Notes under the pieces: model-generated
What the model saw: only the letters and a program-made list of their open reading frames with translations
What the model was told of the DNA's origin: nothing
The model's database searches: none
Shown: piece by piece, positions 1-9,701 of the stretch
How the letters are laid out: each line of letters starts with the position of its first letter
Position numbering within the stretch: position 1 is the first letter of the stretch
Assembly (NCBI GenBank): GCA_963704115.1
Contig: CAVPGY010000001.1
Location: forward strand, 331,062 to 395,061
Source of the DNA: an uncultured Chloroflexia bacterium
GTDB taxonomy: Bacteria; Chloroflexota; Limnocylindria; QHBO01
Length of the DNA: 64,000 bases
Reading direction: 5' to 3'
Position numbers and translations under genes: made by a program

Positions 1-106
1 GACCAGTAGCCGATGCAGGCGGCCAACCGCACTGGGGGCTGCAAGGCCCCCGTACAGCCTGCGCGATGACATCACTGCATCTGCTCCGTGCTCACGCGGG
101 GAGCGT

Positions 107-1009
107 TCAGCCGACCGGCTGCCAGTATCGCCGGATCAGAAGGAATCCGACAGCCGCGTAGGCCGCCCCACCGATCACGTCCACGACGTAGTGGTGACCG
201 AGATAGACGATCGCGAACCACACGACCAGCGTGTAGGCGGCCATGGCGATGCCGGCTCGTCGCCACAAGGGCCACAGGAAGAGCGTGGCGAGGAGGGGGT
301 ATCCGGCGTGCATCGAGGGGAACGCAGCGACGGGGTTGCCGACCAGGTTCCGGTAGCTCCAGATGAAGCCCTGCCAGTCGAAGGACTGGCCAACCTCCCG
401 CACGATGTCCGTCACCGCGAGCGCCTCACGCCCATAGTCACCGGCGAATCGTGGGGGGGCGACCGGGAGGGCGACGAACGTGACGAATGACGCGTAGCTG
501 ATCGCCAGCAGCGCGACGACGAATGGGTAGTAGAGAGGCCGGCGGACCAGCCAGAGCGCAAACGCGACCCCCACTGGCAGCGCGAAATGCGCGACATAGA
601 CGAATGACAGCACCACATCGTGGAGTCGGGGCTCGCCACTCCACAGCACGGCCTGAAGCTCGACCGTCGGAATCGCGCCGAACGCGATGGCACGTTCCAT
701 CGCGATGATGTCATCCGAGTGAACTGCCGCCCCGAACTGGTTCGCGATGCCGCGCATGAGCTCCCACGCCATGAAGACGGCGAGGAAGGGAGCCCAATCG
801 CGAAGGAACGGAAGGCCGCGCCCCACCAGAACGGCGATCACGCCCGCGAGTACAACGGCCATGTCCGGGCTCGCGTTGACGCGGAAGACGACCATCAGCC
901 CGAGGATGCCCAGCCCAAACCCGACCAGCAGCCAGACGCTGATTCGGTCGAGCCGGCGCGAATCGGCGAGCGCGTCCGCTCCGACGGCCGGCGAGGGATA
1001 CTCAGGCAT
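107..1009 (-). CDS. PAP2-superfamily polytopic membrane phosphatase/phosphotransferase (AUR1/sphingomyelin-synthase-like branch)
   Basis: 300-aa ORF with about six hydrophobic spans. PAP2 C2/C3-like motifs PSMHAGYP and GHHYVVDVIGG lie near the C-terminus. Overlapping ORFs in other frames are Arg/Pro-rich junk. Confidence 0.75.
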   Translation of the reverse strand: MPEYPSPAVGADALADSRRLDRISVWLLVGFGLGILGLMVVFRVNASPDMAVVLAGVIAVLVGRGLPFLRDWAPFLAVFMAWELMRGIANQFGAAVHSDDIIAMERAIAFGAIPTVELQAVLWSGEPRLHDVVLSFVYVAHFALPVGVAFALWLVRRPLYYPFVVALLAISYASFVTFVALPVAPPRFAGDYGREALAVTDIVREVGQSFDWQGFIWSYRNLVGNPVAAFPSMHAGYPLLATLFLWPLWRRAGIAMAAYTLVVWFAIVYLGHHYVVDVIGGAAYAAVGFLLIRRYWQPVG

Positions 1010-1098
1010 CGCGCCAGCCTAGCCAGGCACGGCAAGCGTGCACAGGGGACTTGAGTCCCACAACGGCGACTCCCAGCAGGGCCACCTACAGGCCGTGC

Positions 1099-2676
1099 TC
1101 ATGGATTGAACCTGACGACGGTGGCGCCGGGGCCATCAAAGACGATCTGGTGACGCGCAGACAGGTCTGCTCTCAGCCCGGGGCAGCAATCGTAGGCGCT
1201 GGCAAGTCCACCGAGCTGGCCTTTCGGGACGAACACGTAATCGATGTCGGCGCTGAACTCGTCCTGCCACGCCTCGACGCAGGCCGTCAGGCGCGAAGCG
1301 CAGACGCCTTGCAGGAGCTGGTGGGCGAGGCTCCGGGCCGGGAACTGCCCGGACCATTCGTATCCCTGCGGAGTAGCGAGGCTATGACGCTGGGCGAGGA
1401 CCGGGAACCACTCGGACGTCGCATCGATCTGCCACGGCACGCCGGTGACGACCGCCACCCGAGCATCACGAGGGGTGTTCGAAGCCACCCATGCCATGGC
1501 GGCGCGTTGATCCTGGCTGAGCGCGTGGACCGGCGAGAACGGGTTGTAGCCGGTTGCCAGGCTCGAGAGCACGGCGGCGCCGAGGAGGCCACCGGCGGTG
1601 ACGAGGCGAGCGTGCCGAAGTGCCGGAGCAAGTCTCGTGGCCGCGGGGAGGATCATCTCCATGACGGTGATTGCCACGAGCATCGCCCATGGGACGGTGA
1701 GGAACGTCATGCCGGCCGCGCTGATCGAGAGGACGATCATGAGGGACCACACGGGGAGCAGGTAACGCCCGCGGCCGATCTGGAGCAGGAACCCGAGGAA
1801 CCCCACTCCCAGGAAGATGTCGAGCTGCGCGGCCCCGGTGAAGTCGCCGAATACGAACCTGCGGATGCTCTCGATCAGTTGGCCCGTGCGAGAGCCGGCG
1901 GCCGCGGCAAGGATGTCCGGGCCGTGACTCAACGAGACGGCAAGCCACCACGGAGCCGCGACGAGCACGCCGATGATCGCCGCCACGGCGATAGAGGCAA
2001 GCTGTCTCCGTGATCGCCCGATGCTGACGAGGCAGATGATGAGCGAGACGGCGACGAAGACGGTCGCCTCCGGATGCGTGAGCGCAGTCAGTCCGCCAAG
2101 GGCCCCGGTGAGGAAGATGCGGACCCGCGAGGGTTGCGAGATGAGGCGAATGCCCTGCCAGACCGCGACCAGGGCGAGTGCCATCCCCATGCCGCGCGTC
2201 AAACCGCCGCCCGTGATGAGCCATTCGTAGCTGCGCGGCAGGAGCGCAAACACGATCGCGGCCACTCCGGCGAGACGCCAGGAGCCAAGGACCTCCTGGG
2301 CGATCAGGTAGACCAGCACAATCGTGGCGATGCTGACGAGAAGCGGGAACCACCGGAACACCGAGATCGGATCGAATCCGAGGGACGTCACCGCCGCGTG
2401 GAGGTAGAGTGCCAACGGCGGATATGCGAACGGGAGCCCGTCAAAGTTGTACGTGGTGGTTGCCGGGAGAATGAACCCGGCATCGCGCAGATCCTGACTC
2501 ATCGCGAAGAAGAGGGCGCCGTCATTCAAGGGGAAGTCCGCGGCGGCGATCGGGACGATCCTCGCGATCGTGCCGAGGATGAGGGCGGGCACGACCAGCA
2601 ACGCCACCTCGCCGGTTCCGTGCATCCAGGTCGGTCGCCGAGCTGGACCGCTTGCCTCTCGGGCACTATGGCTCAT
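1099..2676 (-). CDS. GT-C-fold polytopic membrane glycosyltransferase-like protein (paralog of 2776..4368)
   Basis: 525-aa ORF with many TM spans then a soluble C-terminal domain. The first-loop motif DFPLNDGALFF...PFAYPPLALYL and the C-terminal SEWFPVLAQRHSLATPQGYEW are both mirrored in the divergently transcribed neighbour. Confidence 0.7.
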   Translation of the reverse strand: MSHSAREASGPARRPTWMHGTGEVALLVVPALILGTIARIVPIAAADFPLNDGALFFAMSQDLRDAGFILPATTTYNFDGLPFAYPPLALYLHAAVTSLGFDPISVFRWFPLLVSIATIVLVYLIAQEVLGSWRLAGVAAIVFALLPRSYEWLITGGGLTRGMGMALALVAVWQGIRLISQPSRVRIFLTGALGGLTALTHPEATVFVAVSLIICLVSIGRSRRQLASIAVAAIIGVLVAAPWWLAVSLSHGPDILAAAAGSRTGQLIESIRRFVFGDFTGAAQLDIFLGVGFLGFLLQIGRGRYLLPVWSLMIVLSISAAGMTFLTVPWAMLVAITVMEMILPAATRLAPALRHARLVTAGGLLGAAVLSSLATGYNPFSPVHALSQDQRAAMAWVASNTPRDARVAVVTGVPWQIDATSEWFPVLAQRHSLATPQGYEWSGQFPARSLAHQLLQGVCASRLTACVEAWQDEFSADIDYVFVPKGQLGGLASAYDCCPGLRADLSARHQIVFDGPGATVVRFNP

Positions 2677-2775
2677 CAGTCTTACTTTCAGGCGTCGTCA
2701 TGCCAGCGCAGCAGGAGGCGCATCGAGGTTGTCGGATCGAGGTTCGCGAGAAGGCCATCCAGTGCGTAGACGTCC

Positions 2776-4368
2776 ATGGCTTCGACTGCGGGCATCACGG
2801 GGACCGGTGCCCGTCGGTGCAGCGGCATCGTACGGGGTGGACTGAGAACCGTGGCCGTCGTTTTCGTCATCATCGCCGGCATCATGGCCCGCGTCGTTCC
2901 CGTGCTGCGAGAGGACTTTCCGCTCAACGACGGCGCTCTGTTCCTCTCAATGGCGGAGGACATACGCACGGCAGGCTTCGCGTTGCCGGACGTTGCGACC
3001 TACAACGGACTCGATGCTCCGTTCGCATACCCGCCCCTCGGCCTGTATCTCGCGGCGGCGCTGCAGGCGATCGGGATCGATGGACTCGACGTGCTTCGCT
3101 GGGTGCCGTTGCTCGCGAGCGTCGCCACGATCCCGGTGGTGCTGCTCATCGGTCGCGAGGTCTTCCGCAGCGAGGGCATGGCGCTCGGGACGGCGGCGTT
3201 CTTCGCAGTCAGCACCGGCTCATACGAGTGGCTGGTCATGGGCGGGGGCATCACCCGCGCGCCGGGATTCCTCCTCGCTTTGGTGGCGGTGCTGCTCGCC
3301 ATCCGTGCGTATCGCCAGGGGGTCCGGGCGCTGTCGATCGGTGCCGGCGTGGCGCTCGGTGTGACCGGGCTCGCGCATCCGCAGGCCGCCGTCTTCGGCA
3401 TCCTGAGCGTCGTGCTCATGGTTGCGTTCTTCGCGGGTGATCGGCGCCGGGCGCTTGCGAGCATGGCGATCATCCTCGGGACCTCCGCCGTGGTGGTCGC
3501 CCCCTGGCTCCTGGTGGTCGTCGCGCGCCATGGTATCGAGCCATTCCTGTCCGCCGCCGGGACCGGCGGGACGCCGCTGCTCGGACTGCTCTCCCTGGTG
3601 ACGTCGCGGACGAGCGCCGGCTACCTGGAGGTGCTCGGCTTCGCCACGACGCTCGGGCTGATCGTCTCGGGCATGCGTGGCTTCTGGCTGGCGCCGGTCT
3701 GGATGGTGGCAATCATCATCGTGGACGGCCGCGCGGGTCAGCCGTATGTCGCCGTCCCCGCGGCCATGGTCGTGACCTTCATGCTGCGTGACCTCGGATC
3801 CGTGGTCGGCCGCCGGTTGCCGACCCTGGGCGCGCGCGCCCCGGCGGCGATCGGCGCCGTCCTGCTGGTCGCCGCGTTCGCCGACTCGCTGGCTGCGCAG
3901 GCGTCAGGCGGCACCCCGTTGCGCGCCGTGCCCGAGTCTGCAAGGAGCGCAATGGCGTGGGCCGCGGAGGAGACCGATCCGGACGCCAGCTTCGTCGTGG
4001 TCTCCGGCCGCTACTGGGCGGTCGACGCCGAGTCCGAGTGGTTCCCGGTGCTGGCGGATCGGCGAAGCCTGGCAACGGTTCAGGGCTACGAGTGGCTCGG
4101 AGCGGACGCATTCGAGCGCCAGCGCATGCGCGCGCTCGAGCTGCCCGAATGCGTCGCCGCCGACGACCTCGAGTGCATCGCAGACTGGTTCGCCACCGCG
4201 GGTGAGGTCGACTATCTGCTCCTCACACACAGCGAGGTCGCGGAGGCAGCCGGGCTCGACTGCTGCCTGGGATTGGCTGACCAGATGGCCGATCTGCGCG
4301 CGACGGAGGTCGTCCGGCATGCCGACGGCGTCATGATCGTCCGACTGCTTCCCGCGGACGGAGGGTGA
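2776..4368 (+). CDS. GT-C-fold polytopic membrane glycosyltransferase-like protein (paralog of 1099..2676)
   Basis: 530-aa ORF. Motifs DFPLNDGALFL...PFAYPPLGLYL and SEWFPVLADRRSLATVQGYEW are colinear with the divergent paralog, with roughly half the residues identical by eye in the N-terminal region. Confidence 0.7.
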   Translation: MASTAGITGTGARRCSGIVRGGLRTVAVVFVIIAGIMARVVPVLREDFPLNDGALFLSMAEDIRTAGFALPDVATYNGLDAPFAYPPLGLYLAAALQAIGIDGLDVLRWVPLLASVATIPVVLLIGREVFRSEGMALGTAAFFAVSTGSYEWLVMGGGITRAPGFLLALVAVLLAIRAYRQGVRALSIGAGVALGVTGLAHPQAAVFGILSVVLMVAFFAGDRRRALASMAIILGTSAVVVAPWLLVVVARHGIEPFLSAAGTGGTPLLGLLSLVTSRTSAGYLEVLGFATTLGLIVSGMRGFWLAPVWMVAIIIVDGRAGQPYVAVPAAMVVTFMLRDLGSVVGRRLPTLGARAPAAIGAVLLVAAFADSLAAQASGGTPLRAVPESARSAMAWAAEETDPDASFVVVSGRYWAVDAESEWFPVLADRRSLATVQGYEWLGADAFERQRMRALELPECVAADDLECIADWFATAGEVDYLLLTHSEVAEAAGLDCCLGLADQMADLRATEVVRHADGVMIVRLLPADGG

Positions 4369-4377
4369 TCGAAGCAC

Positions 4378-5232
4378 ATGGCCGACGGCATCAGCCTGGC
4401 GACTCGCTGGTCGAAGTGGCCGCGGCTTCTGGTCACCGCGCTCATCGTCGGCGTCGGGATCAGCCAGGTCATCCTTGCGATCGGCGACTGGCATCTTCGC
4501 GACATGGGTGCCTACTGGGAGGCCGCGATGCGGCTTCGCGACGGCGAGCCCCTGTACCCGGCGCTGGCCGACAGCGAGGCATCGGAAGTCTACCGATACG
4601 CGCCATGGCTGGCGTGGACCTTCGTGCCGCTCACCTCCCTGCCGAGAGAGCTGGTCAACGTGCTCTGGTCCGGGACGTTGCTGGCGGCGTCGGCCGCTGC
4701 GCTGTGGCCTCTTGCCCGAGGTGGCCACTGGCTGCTGGTCGCATTCTTCGGGTCCGTGCTCATCGGCATCAGTGCCATCGGCAACATCCATCCCCTTCTC
4801 ATCGCTGCACTGGTGCATGGCGTCGAGCGACGCAGTGGTCCGCTCTGGGTGGGTGTCGCCGCATCGTTGAAGATCTTCCCCATCCTCCTGGCGCTCGTGT
4901 ACGCCGGCCGCCGGCAGTGGGGCCGGTTTGCCGCCTCCCTGGCCATCGGCGGGGTGCTCTGGGCTCCTGCCCTCCTCTACGACCTCGGTGCCTATGCGAC
5001 TGACCCGGGCAGTGCCGGGATGCTGTTCACGATTCCGTGGGCCTACGCCGTCGCCCTGGCGGCCGGGATCGGCGCGACGTGGGTGCTGGCGCCGGGCCGG
5101 TTCGGCTGGCTCGCCGCGGCTGCCACGCTGTGCATCGCCCTGCCGCGCTTCTTCGTCTACGACGTCACCTACCTGATGGTCGGCGCTCCAGCCGGGCTGC
5201 CGGCGGCGAAGGTCGATGACCGTGCGGGCTGA
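4378..5232 (+). CDS. GT87/DUF2029-like membrane glycosyltransferase (PimE-like mannosyltransferase family)
   Basis: 284-aa polytopic ORF. It shows the DUF2029-like pattern DMGAYWEAAMRLRDGEPLY...YRYAPWLAW...GNIHPLLIAAL...SLKIFPILL. Its start lies 10 nt after the stop of the upstream gene. Confidence 0.65.
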   Translation: MADGISLATRWSKWPRLLVTALIVGVGISQVILAIGDWHLRDMGAYWEAAMRLRDGEPLYPALADSEASEVYRYAPWLAWTFVPLTSLPRELVNVLWSGTLLAASAAALWPLARGGHWLLVAFFGSVLIGISAIGNIHPLLIAALVHGVERRSGPLWVGVAASLKIFPILLALVYAGRRQWGRFAASLAIGGVLWAPALLYDLGAYATDPGSAGMLFTIPWAYAVALAAGIGATWVLAPGRFGWLAAAATLCIALPRFFVYDVTYLMVGAPAGLPAAKVDDRAG

Positions 5233-6079
5233 GACCGGGCGCAGCAGCCGATGGTGGGGGTTTGCCCGACGGGCGGCGCGTGTCCTCGCGGTCAGCTGGC
5301 TCGTCTTCTTCTGGGCCTGGCTCATCGGCTTCCAGGAGACGTTCATCGAGGTCGATGCCGAGGCGTACTGGGGCTTCGACTTCGACCGTCTGTACCGGGA
5401 CGTGGCACTCGGTGACCAGGACGCATTCCTCTACTCGCCGATCGTCGCCGTCCTCTTCGCGCCGTTCTCGCTGCTCCCCTACGAGGTCTTCTACGCGATG
5501 CTGGCGGCGGTGAACCTCGGAGCCCTCGTGTGGCTGCTCGGCTGGGAGCTCGCGGCGGTCGCCCTGCTCCTCCAACCCGTGTCGAACGAGGTGGCCCGCG
5601 GGAACATCCACCTGCTGCTCGCGGCCGCCATCGTGATCGGCTTCCGGTACCCGGCCGCGTGGGCGTGGGTGCTGCTGACCAAGGTGACCCCCGGCATCGG
5701 GCTCCTGTGGTTCGGGTTCCGCCGCGAGTGGGGCAGGCTGGCCGTGGCGCTGGCTTCGACGGGCGCCATCGTCGTGATCTCCGTCGTGCTCGCGCCGGAG
5801 CTCTGGCTCCGCTGGTTCGAGTTCCTGGCGGCCAACGCCGGGTCGACCCGCCCCTCGCTGCTCGAGATCCCGGTGCTGCCCCGACTCCTCGTTGCGGCCG
5901 GGCTGCTCGCGCTCGGTGCGTGGCGGGGCCGGCCGGCGATCGTGCCGGTGGCGGCCATGCTGGCGCTCCCGGCCATCTGGCTCAATTCGCTGGCCATGCT
6001 GGTGGCTGTCATCCCGCTCTGGCGTGCGGCACCGGGACCATTGGACCATTCGGGTGGTGCGCGCACGCACCTAGACTGA
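5216..6079 (+). CDS. GT87/DUF2029-like membrane glycosyltransferase, tandem paralog
   Basis: 287-aa polytopic ORF overlapping the previous stop by 17 nt. Pattern DAEAYWGFDFDRLY...FLYSPIVAVLFAPF...GNIHLLLAAAI...LTKVTPGIGLL parallels the upstream gene. Confidence 0.65.
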   Translation: MTVRAETGRSSRWWGFARRAARVLAVSWLVFFWAWLIGFQETFIEVDAEAYWGFDFDRLYRDVALGDQDAFLYSPIVAVLFAPFSLLPYEVFYAMLAAVNLGALVWLLGWELAAVALLLQPVSNEVARGNIHLLLAAAIVIGFRYPAAWAWVLLTKVTPGIGLLWFGFRREWGRLAVALASTGAIVVISVVLAPELWLRWFEFLAANAGSTRPSLLEIPVLPRLLVAAGLLALGAWRGRPAIVPVAAMLALPAIWLNSLAMLVAVIPLWRAAPGPLDHSGGARTHLD

Positions 6080-6127
6080 CCGGCATCTCAGGTCCCGTCC
6101 ATCCGAACTCAACGCATCCGAGGTCCG

Positions 6128-8119
6128 ATGTCCACGCCACTGCGTCTCGTTCTGCTCAGCTGCCTGATGCTCTTCGTCGAGCTGGCGCTCATCCGCTGGA
6201 CCGGCTCGAACGTCGTGTACCTGTCGTACTTCAGCAACTTCGTGCTGCTCGGCTCGTTCCTCGGGATCGGCATCGGCTTCCTGCGCGGCAAGGCACGCGT
6301 GAACCTGTTCCCCTATGCGCCCATCGCCCTGGCGCTCTTCGTCGGCCTGGTACTGATCTTCCCGGTGCGGATCGACCGGTCGGGCTCCGACCTGATCTAC
6401 TTCGGCCACTTCGGGACGTCCGGGCTGCCGGTCTGGGTCACGCTGCCGTTCATCTTCGTCGCGGTGGCGGGCGTGATGGCGCTCATCGCCGAGGGGGTGG
6501 CGCGCACCTTTGTCCTCCTCGAACCGCTGGAGGCGTACCGCTGGGACATCGCGGGCTCGATTCTCGGGATCCTCGCGTTCAGCGCGCTCTCGTTCCTCTG
6601 GGCTCCGCCGGTCGTGTGGGGCTTCGTCGCGGCGCTCCTCTTCTGGCTCGTCCTTCGCCCGTCCATGAAGGCCGTGCAGGCGGTCGCGCTGATCGCGCTG
6701 GTCTTCGTCCTCGGCCGCGAGTCGCTCCTCGAGTACTGGAGCTGGTCGCCGTACTACAAGATCACGACGTTCGTCTCCGAGGACGGGCAGTCGGCCTACG
6801 TCGACGCGAATGGTGTGCCGCACCAGTCCGCCGTCAGCGTCGACGTTCGCCGAGAGGAGAATCCCGAGTACTTCCTCCCGTACGAGCGAGCTGCCGTCGA
6901 TCGGCTCGGCGACGTCCTGATCATCGGGGCCGGCACCGGTTCTGACGTGGCGATCGCGCTCGCCGAGGGTGCGGCGCGGATCGACGCCGTCGAGATCGAT
7001 CCGCGGCTGCTGCAGATCGGCGAGGAGCTTCATCCGGACCGGCCGTACGACGATCCTCGGGTGACCAGCTACGTCAACGACGGGCGAGCCTTCCTGGAGC
7101 AGACGGACCGGGAGTACGACCTGATCCTGTTCGCCCTGCCCGACTCGCTGACGCTGGTGAGCGGGCAATCCTCGCTCCGGCTCGAGTCCTACCTGTTCAC
7201 GATCGAGGCGATGGAGTCGGCCAGGGATCACCTGGCACCGGGCGGCGCATTCGCCATGTACAACTACTACCGCGAGGACTGGCTCGTGGACCGGCTGGCG
7301 GGGACGCTCCAGACCGTCCATGGCGTGGCGCCGTGCGTGGACACCGTGGGGGAAGAGGGCAAGCTGGCCGTGATCACGGTCGCGCCGGAAGCGGGATCCA
7401 TCGACTGTCCGCCCGGTTCGACCTGGCAGGTGACCGATGCGGCCGCAGCATCCTCGCCGGCAACCGACAACTACCCGTTCCTGTACCTGCGCACGCCGTC
7501 GATCCCGGACATCTACCTCATCACGCTTGGGCTCATCCTCATCGTCTCGGTGGCACTCGTCCGTTTCGCGTCAGGCCCGCTGCGGCCGATGGGCGGATAC
7601 GTGGACCTGTTCTTCATGGGGGTCGCCTTCCTCCTGCTCGAGACCAAGAGCGTCGTCCAGTTCGCGCTCCTCTTCGGCACGACCTGGTTCGTCAACGCGC
7701 TGGTGTTCGCCGGCGTCCTGACGTCGGTGCTGCTGGCCATCGAGGTCGCCCGTCGGTGGCAGCCGGCCCGACCCGTGTGGCTCTACGCCGCACTCCTCGT
7801 CTCGGTTGCCGTGGCGTGGGTGGTTCCGGTGGACGTCCTGCTGTCGCTGGACATGGCACCGCGCTTCGCCGTGACGGTGCTCGTCTGGTTCACGCCGATC
7901 TTCATCGCGAACCTGGTGTTCGCGAGCCGGTTCCGGAACGTGGAGGCCTCGAACGTCGCGTTCGGTGCCAACCTGCTCGGCGCGATGGTCGGTGGCCTGC
8001 TCGAGTACGCCGCCCTGATCACCGGCTACCAGGCGCTGCTCGTGCTGGTGGCGGTCTTCTACGGCCTTGCCTTCGTGACCGGTCGCGTCCACCTGGGTGC
8101 TCGCACCGCCACCGCCTGA
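6128..8119 (+). CDS. Membrane-embedded spermidine-synthase-like / class-I SAM-dependent transferase fusion protein
   Basis: 663-aa ORF. About 7 TM spans precede a central SpeE-like fold (DVLIIGAGTGSDVAIALAEG..RIDAVEIDPRLL..DPRVTSYVNDGRAFL..YDLILFALPDS), and about 6 more TM spans follow. It has GAGTG where true spermidine synthases have GGGDG. Confidence 0.7.
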   Translation: MSTPLRLVLLSCLMLFVELALIRWTGSNVVYLSYFSNFVLLGSFLGIGIGFLRGKARVNLFPYAPIALALFVGLVLIFPVRIDRSGSDLIYFGHFGTSGLPVWVTLPFIFVAVAGVMALIAEGVARTFVLLEPLEAYRWDIAGSILGILAFSALSFLWAPPVVWGFVAALLFWLVLRPSMKAVQAVALIALVFVLGRESLLEYWSWSPYYKITTFVSEDGQSAYVDANGVPHQSAVSVDVRREENPEYFLPYERAAVDRLGDVLIIGAGTGSDVAIALAEGAARIDAVEIDPRLLQIGEELHPDRPYDDPRVTSYVNDGRAFLEQTDREYDLILFALPDSLTLVSGQSSLRLESYLFTIEAMESARDHLAPGGAFAMYNYYREDWLVDRLAGTLQTVHGVAPCVDTVGEEGKLAVITVAPEAGSIDCPPGSTWQVTDAAAASSPATDNYPFLYLRTPSIPDIYLITLGLILIVSVALVRFASGPLRPMGGYVDLFFMGVAFLLLETKSVVQFALLFGTTWFVNALVFAGVLTSVLLAIEVARRWQPARPVWLYAALLVSVAVAWVVPVDVLLSLDMAPRFAVTVLVWFTPIFIANLVFASRFRNVEASNVAFGANLLGAMVGGLLEYAALITGYQALLVLVAVFYGLAFVTGRVHLGARTATA

Positions 8120-8125
8120 GCCCCC

Positions 8126-9613
8126 TCAGGGGCACCCGCGGAGGAGCAGGACCTGGGTGCCGTCTCGGTACGCCTCGCACCAGCCGGCGGCCTGGGCAAC
8201 GCCACGCACCAGGACCACGTCCGGTGGGAAGAGGAGCGCCTCGACGTCGTATTCGGCGACGAGGTCCTCCCAGCCGGGATCGGCATTCCTGATCGCCGAA
8301 TAGTCATCCAGGATCGCGTCGTCGTACATGTCGTTCCGTCCGTCGACGAAGACGCGACCCCCGTCGGCGTAGAGCCGGCTGATCACATAGCCGCCCCACC
8401 CGTACTCGGCCAGGACGCGCGCTTCCGGCCTGGTGGTGCGAAGGAGATCGATGGCCGCAACGGGGAACCGCTCCCCCAGGTTGGTGCGAATGCCCGCCTC
8501 GTCGCCGCTCGGGATGAGGACAACCAGACCACCGATCAGGACGGTGGCGGCAAGGACCAGTTCCATGACCCGGCGGCGGGTCGCCATCCGCGGGCTGCGC
8601 GGCCTCGGCTCGCCGGTCCTGCGGGCCCGAAGACGCGCGTCGAGGCCCATGGCGAGGACCGGGACGGCGGCGACTGCGGCGATGGGCGCGTTGCGGAGCG
8701 CCATCAGGCCCATGAGCGTGGTCACCACCGACAGGCTGACCAGCCATCCCGGCGCGCCACGGCCACCGTTGAGGATCAGCGCACCGATCAGGACGAGGAA
8801 TGCCCAGTGCGCCGGCTCATGGAAGTTCGGGCTGGCCCACTCCTGGATATTCGCCAGGCCCCAGTCGCCGGCATCGATGTAGCGGAGCGGGTACAGGATT
8901 CCGATCGGCCCGGCGGGAGTCACCATCGATGCCAGTCCGCACCCCACCGTCGCCACCAGCACGAGCCGCCAGCGCGGCGACATCGGGGTGCGGCCCGCCA
9001 GCGTGAACAGGAGGTAGAGGCCGATGAAGCCGAAACCGACGACGTACAGGCCATGGAGGTTGGCCCACGCAACGAACAGGAGCGGGAGTGCCAGCAGGCG
9101 CCAGGGCCGATCGGGTCGCAGCGAGAGCAGGAGCCAGATCAGGGCCGCCATGATGAACCACGAGATCACCTGTGGCCGGAGCGTGACATAGGGGATGAGG
9201 ATGATGGCGCCGAGCGAGCAGGCGATCGCGATGACCGCGGTCGCGACGCCACGTCGGGCGAGGTAGGCGGCTGTCAGGGCGAAGATCCCGCCGGAGATCA
9301 GGGCGAAGACGATCAGAGCTCCCAGCTCCCCGGTGGCGTCCACGAGCAGGTACATCAGGACCTCGCCGAGCCACTCGTGCGGCGTCCAGGGCTCGCCGGC
9401 CCAGGTGAAGCTGAACGGGTCGCTGTCGGGAACGCTCCCGGTGGTCACGATGAGCTTGCCGGCCGTGAGGTGCCAGAAGTAGTCGGGATCCTGCAGCCCC
9501 TTCGCAAGGACGACCCCGACCATGAGGCCCATCAGCACCACGATGAAGATGGTCACGGGGGACGGCAGTCGCTCGGCGAGCGTCGCTGGGACCGGACGCA
9601 CATCGGTGGACAT
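8126..9613 (-). CDS. Large polytopic membrane protein, putative GT-C-like glycosyltransferase of unassigned family
   Basis: The track ORF 8126..9946 begins with 111 low-complexity codons. ATG at 9613 (MSTDVRPV...) precedes the first TM. The loop motif DPDYFWHLTAGK and the C-terminal YGWGGYVISRLY..VFVDGRNDMYDD both match the divergent paralog. Confidence 0.65.
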   Translation of the reverse strand: MSTDVRPVPATLAERLPSPVTIFIVVLMGLMVGVVLAKGLQDPDYFWHLTAGKLIVTTGSVPDSDPFSFTWAGEPWTPHEWLGEVLMYLLVDATGELGALIVFALISGGIFALTAAYLARRGVATAVIAIACSLGAIILIPYVTLRPQVISWFIMAALIWLLLSLRPDRPWRLLALPLLFVAWANLHGLYVVGFGFIGLYLLFTLAGRTPMSPRWRLVLVATVGCGLASMVTPAGPIGILYPLRYIDAGDWGLANIQEWASPNFHEPAHWAFLVLIGALILNGGRGAPGWLVSLSVVTTLMGLMALRNAPIAAVAAVPVLAMGLDARLRARRTGEPRPRSPRMATRRRVMELVLAATVLIGGLVVLIPSGDEAGIRTNLGERFPVAAIDLLRTTRPEARVLAEYGWGGYVISRLYADGGRVFVDGRNDMYDDAILDDYSAIRNADPGWEDLVAEYDVEALLFPPDVVLVRGVAQAAGWCEAYRDGTQVLLLRGCP

Positions 9614-9701
9614 CGCGGCTGAGTCTACGGAGTCGCCAACCGTCGACGAGCGGAGAAAAGTACCGTCTCTCCGTGGAGGGACCCGTCGTACGATCCGACG
9701 G

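Noticed and set aside
1-72. Possible start of a minus-strand gene running off the left edge (ATG at 72: MSSRRLYGGLAAPSAVGRLHRLLV)
   Set aside because: Only 24 codons are visible, with no motif, so a real gene cannot be distinguished from chance.
3904-5346. 480-aa minus-strand ORF, and similar ORFs at 5165..6070, 6071..7321, 8817..10445, 11788..13155, 17821..19659, 19100..20308, 26950..28092 and 61879..63027
   Set aside because: All overlap motif-supported genes on the other strand or frame and are Arg/Pro/Gly/Asp-rich. They are treated as GC-driven artefacts.
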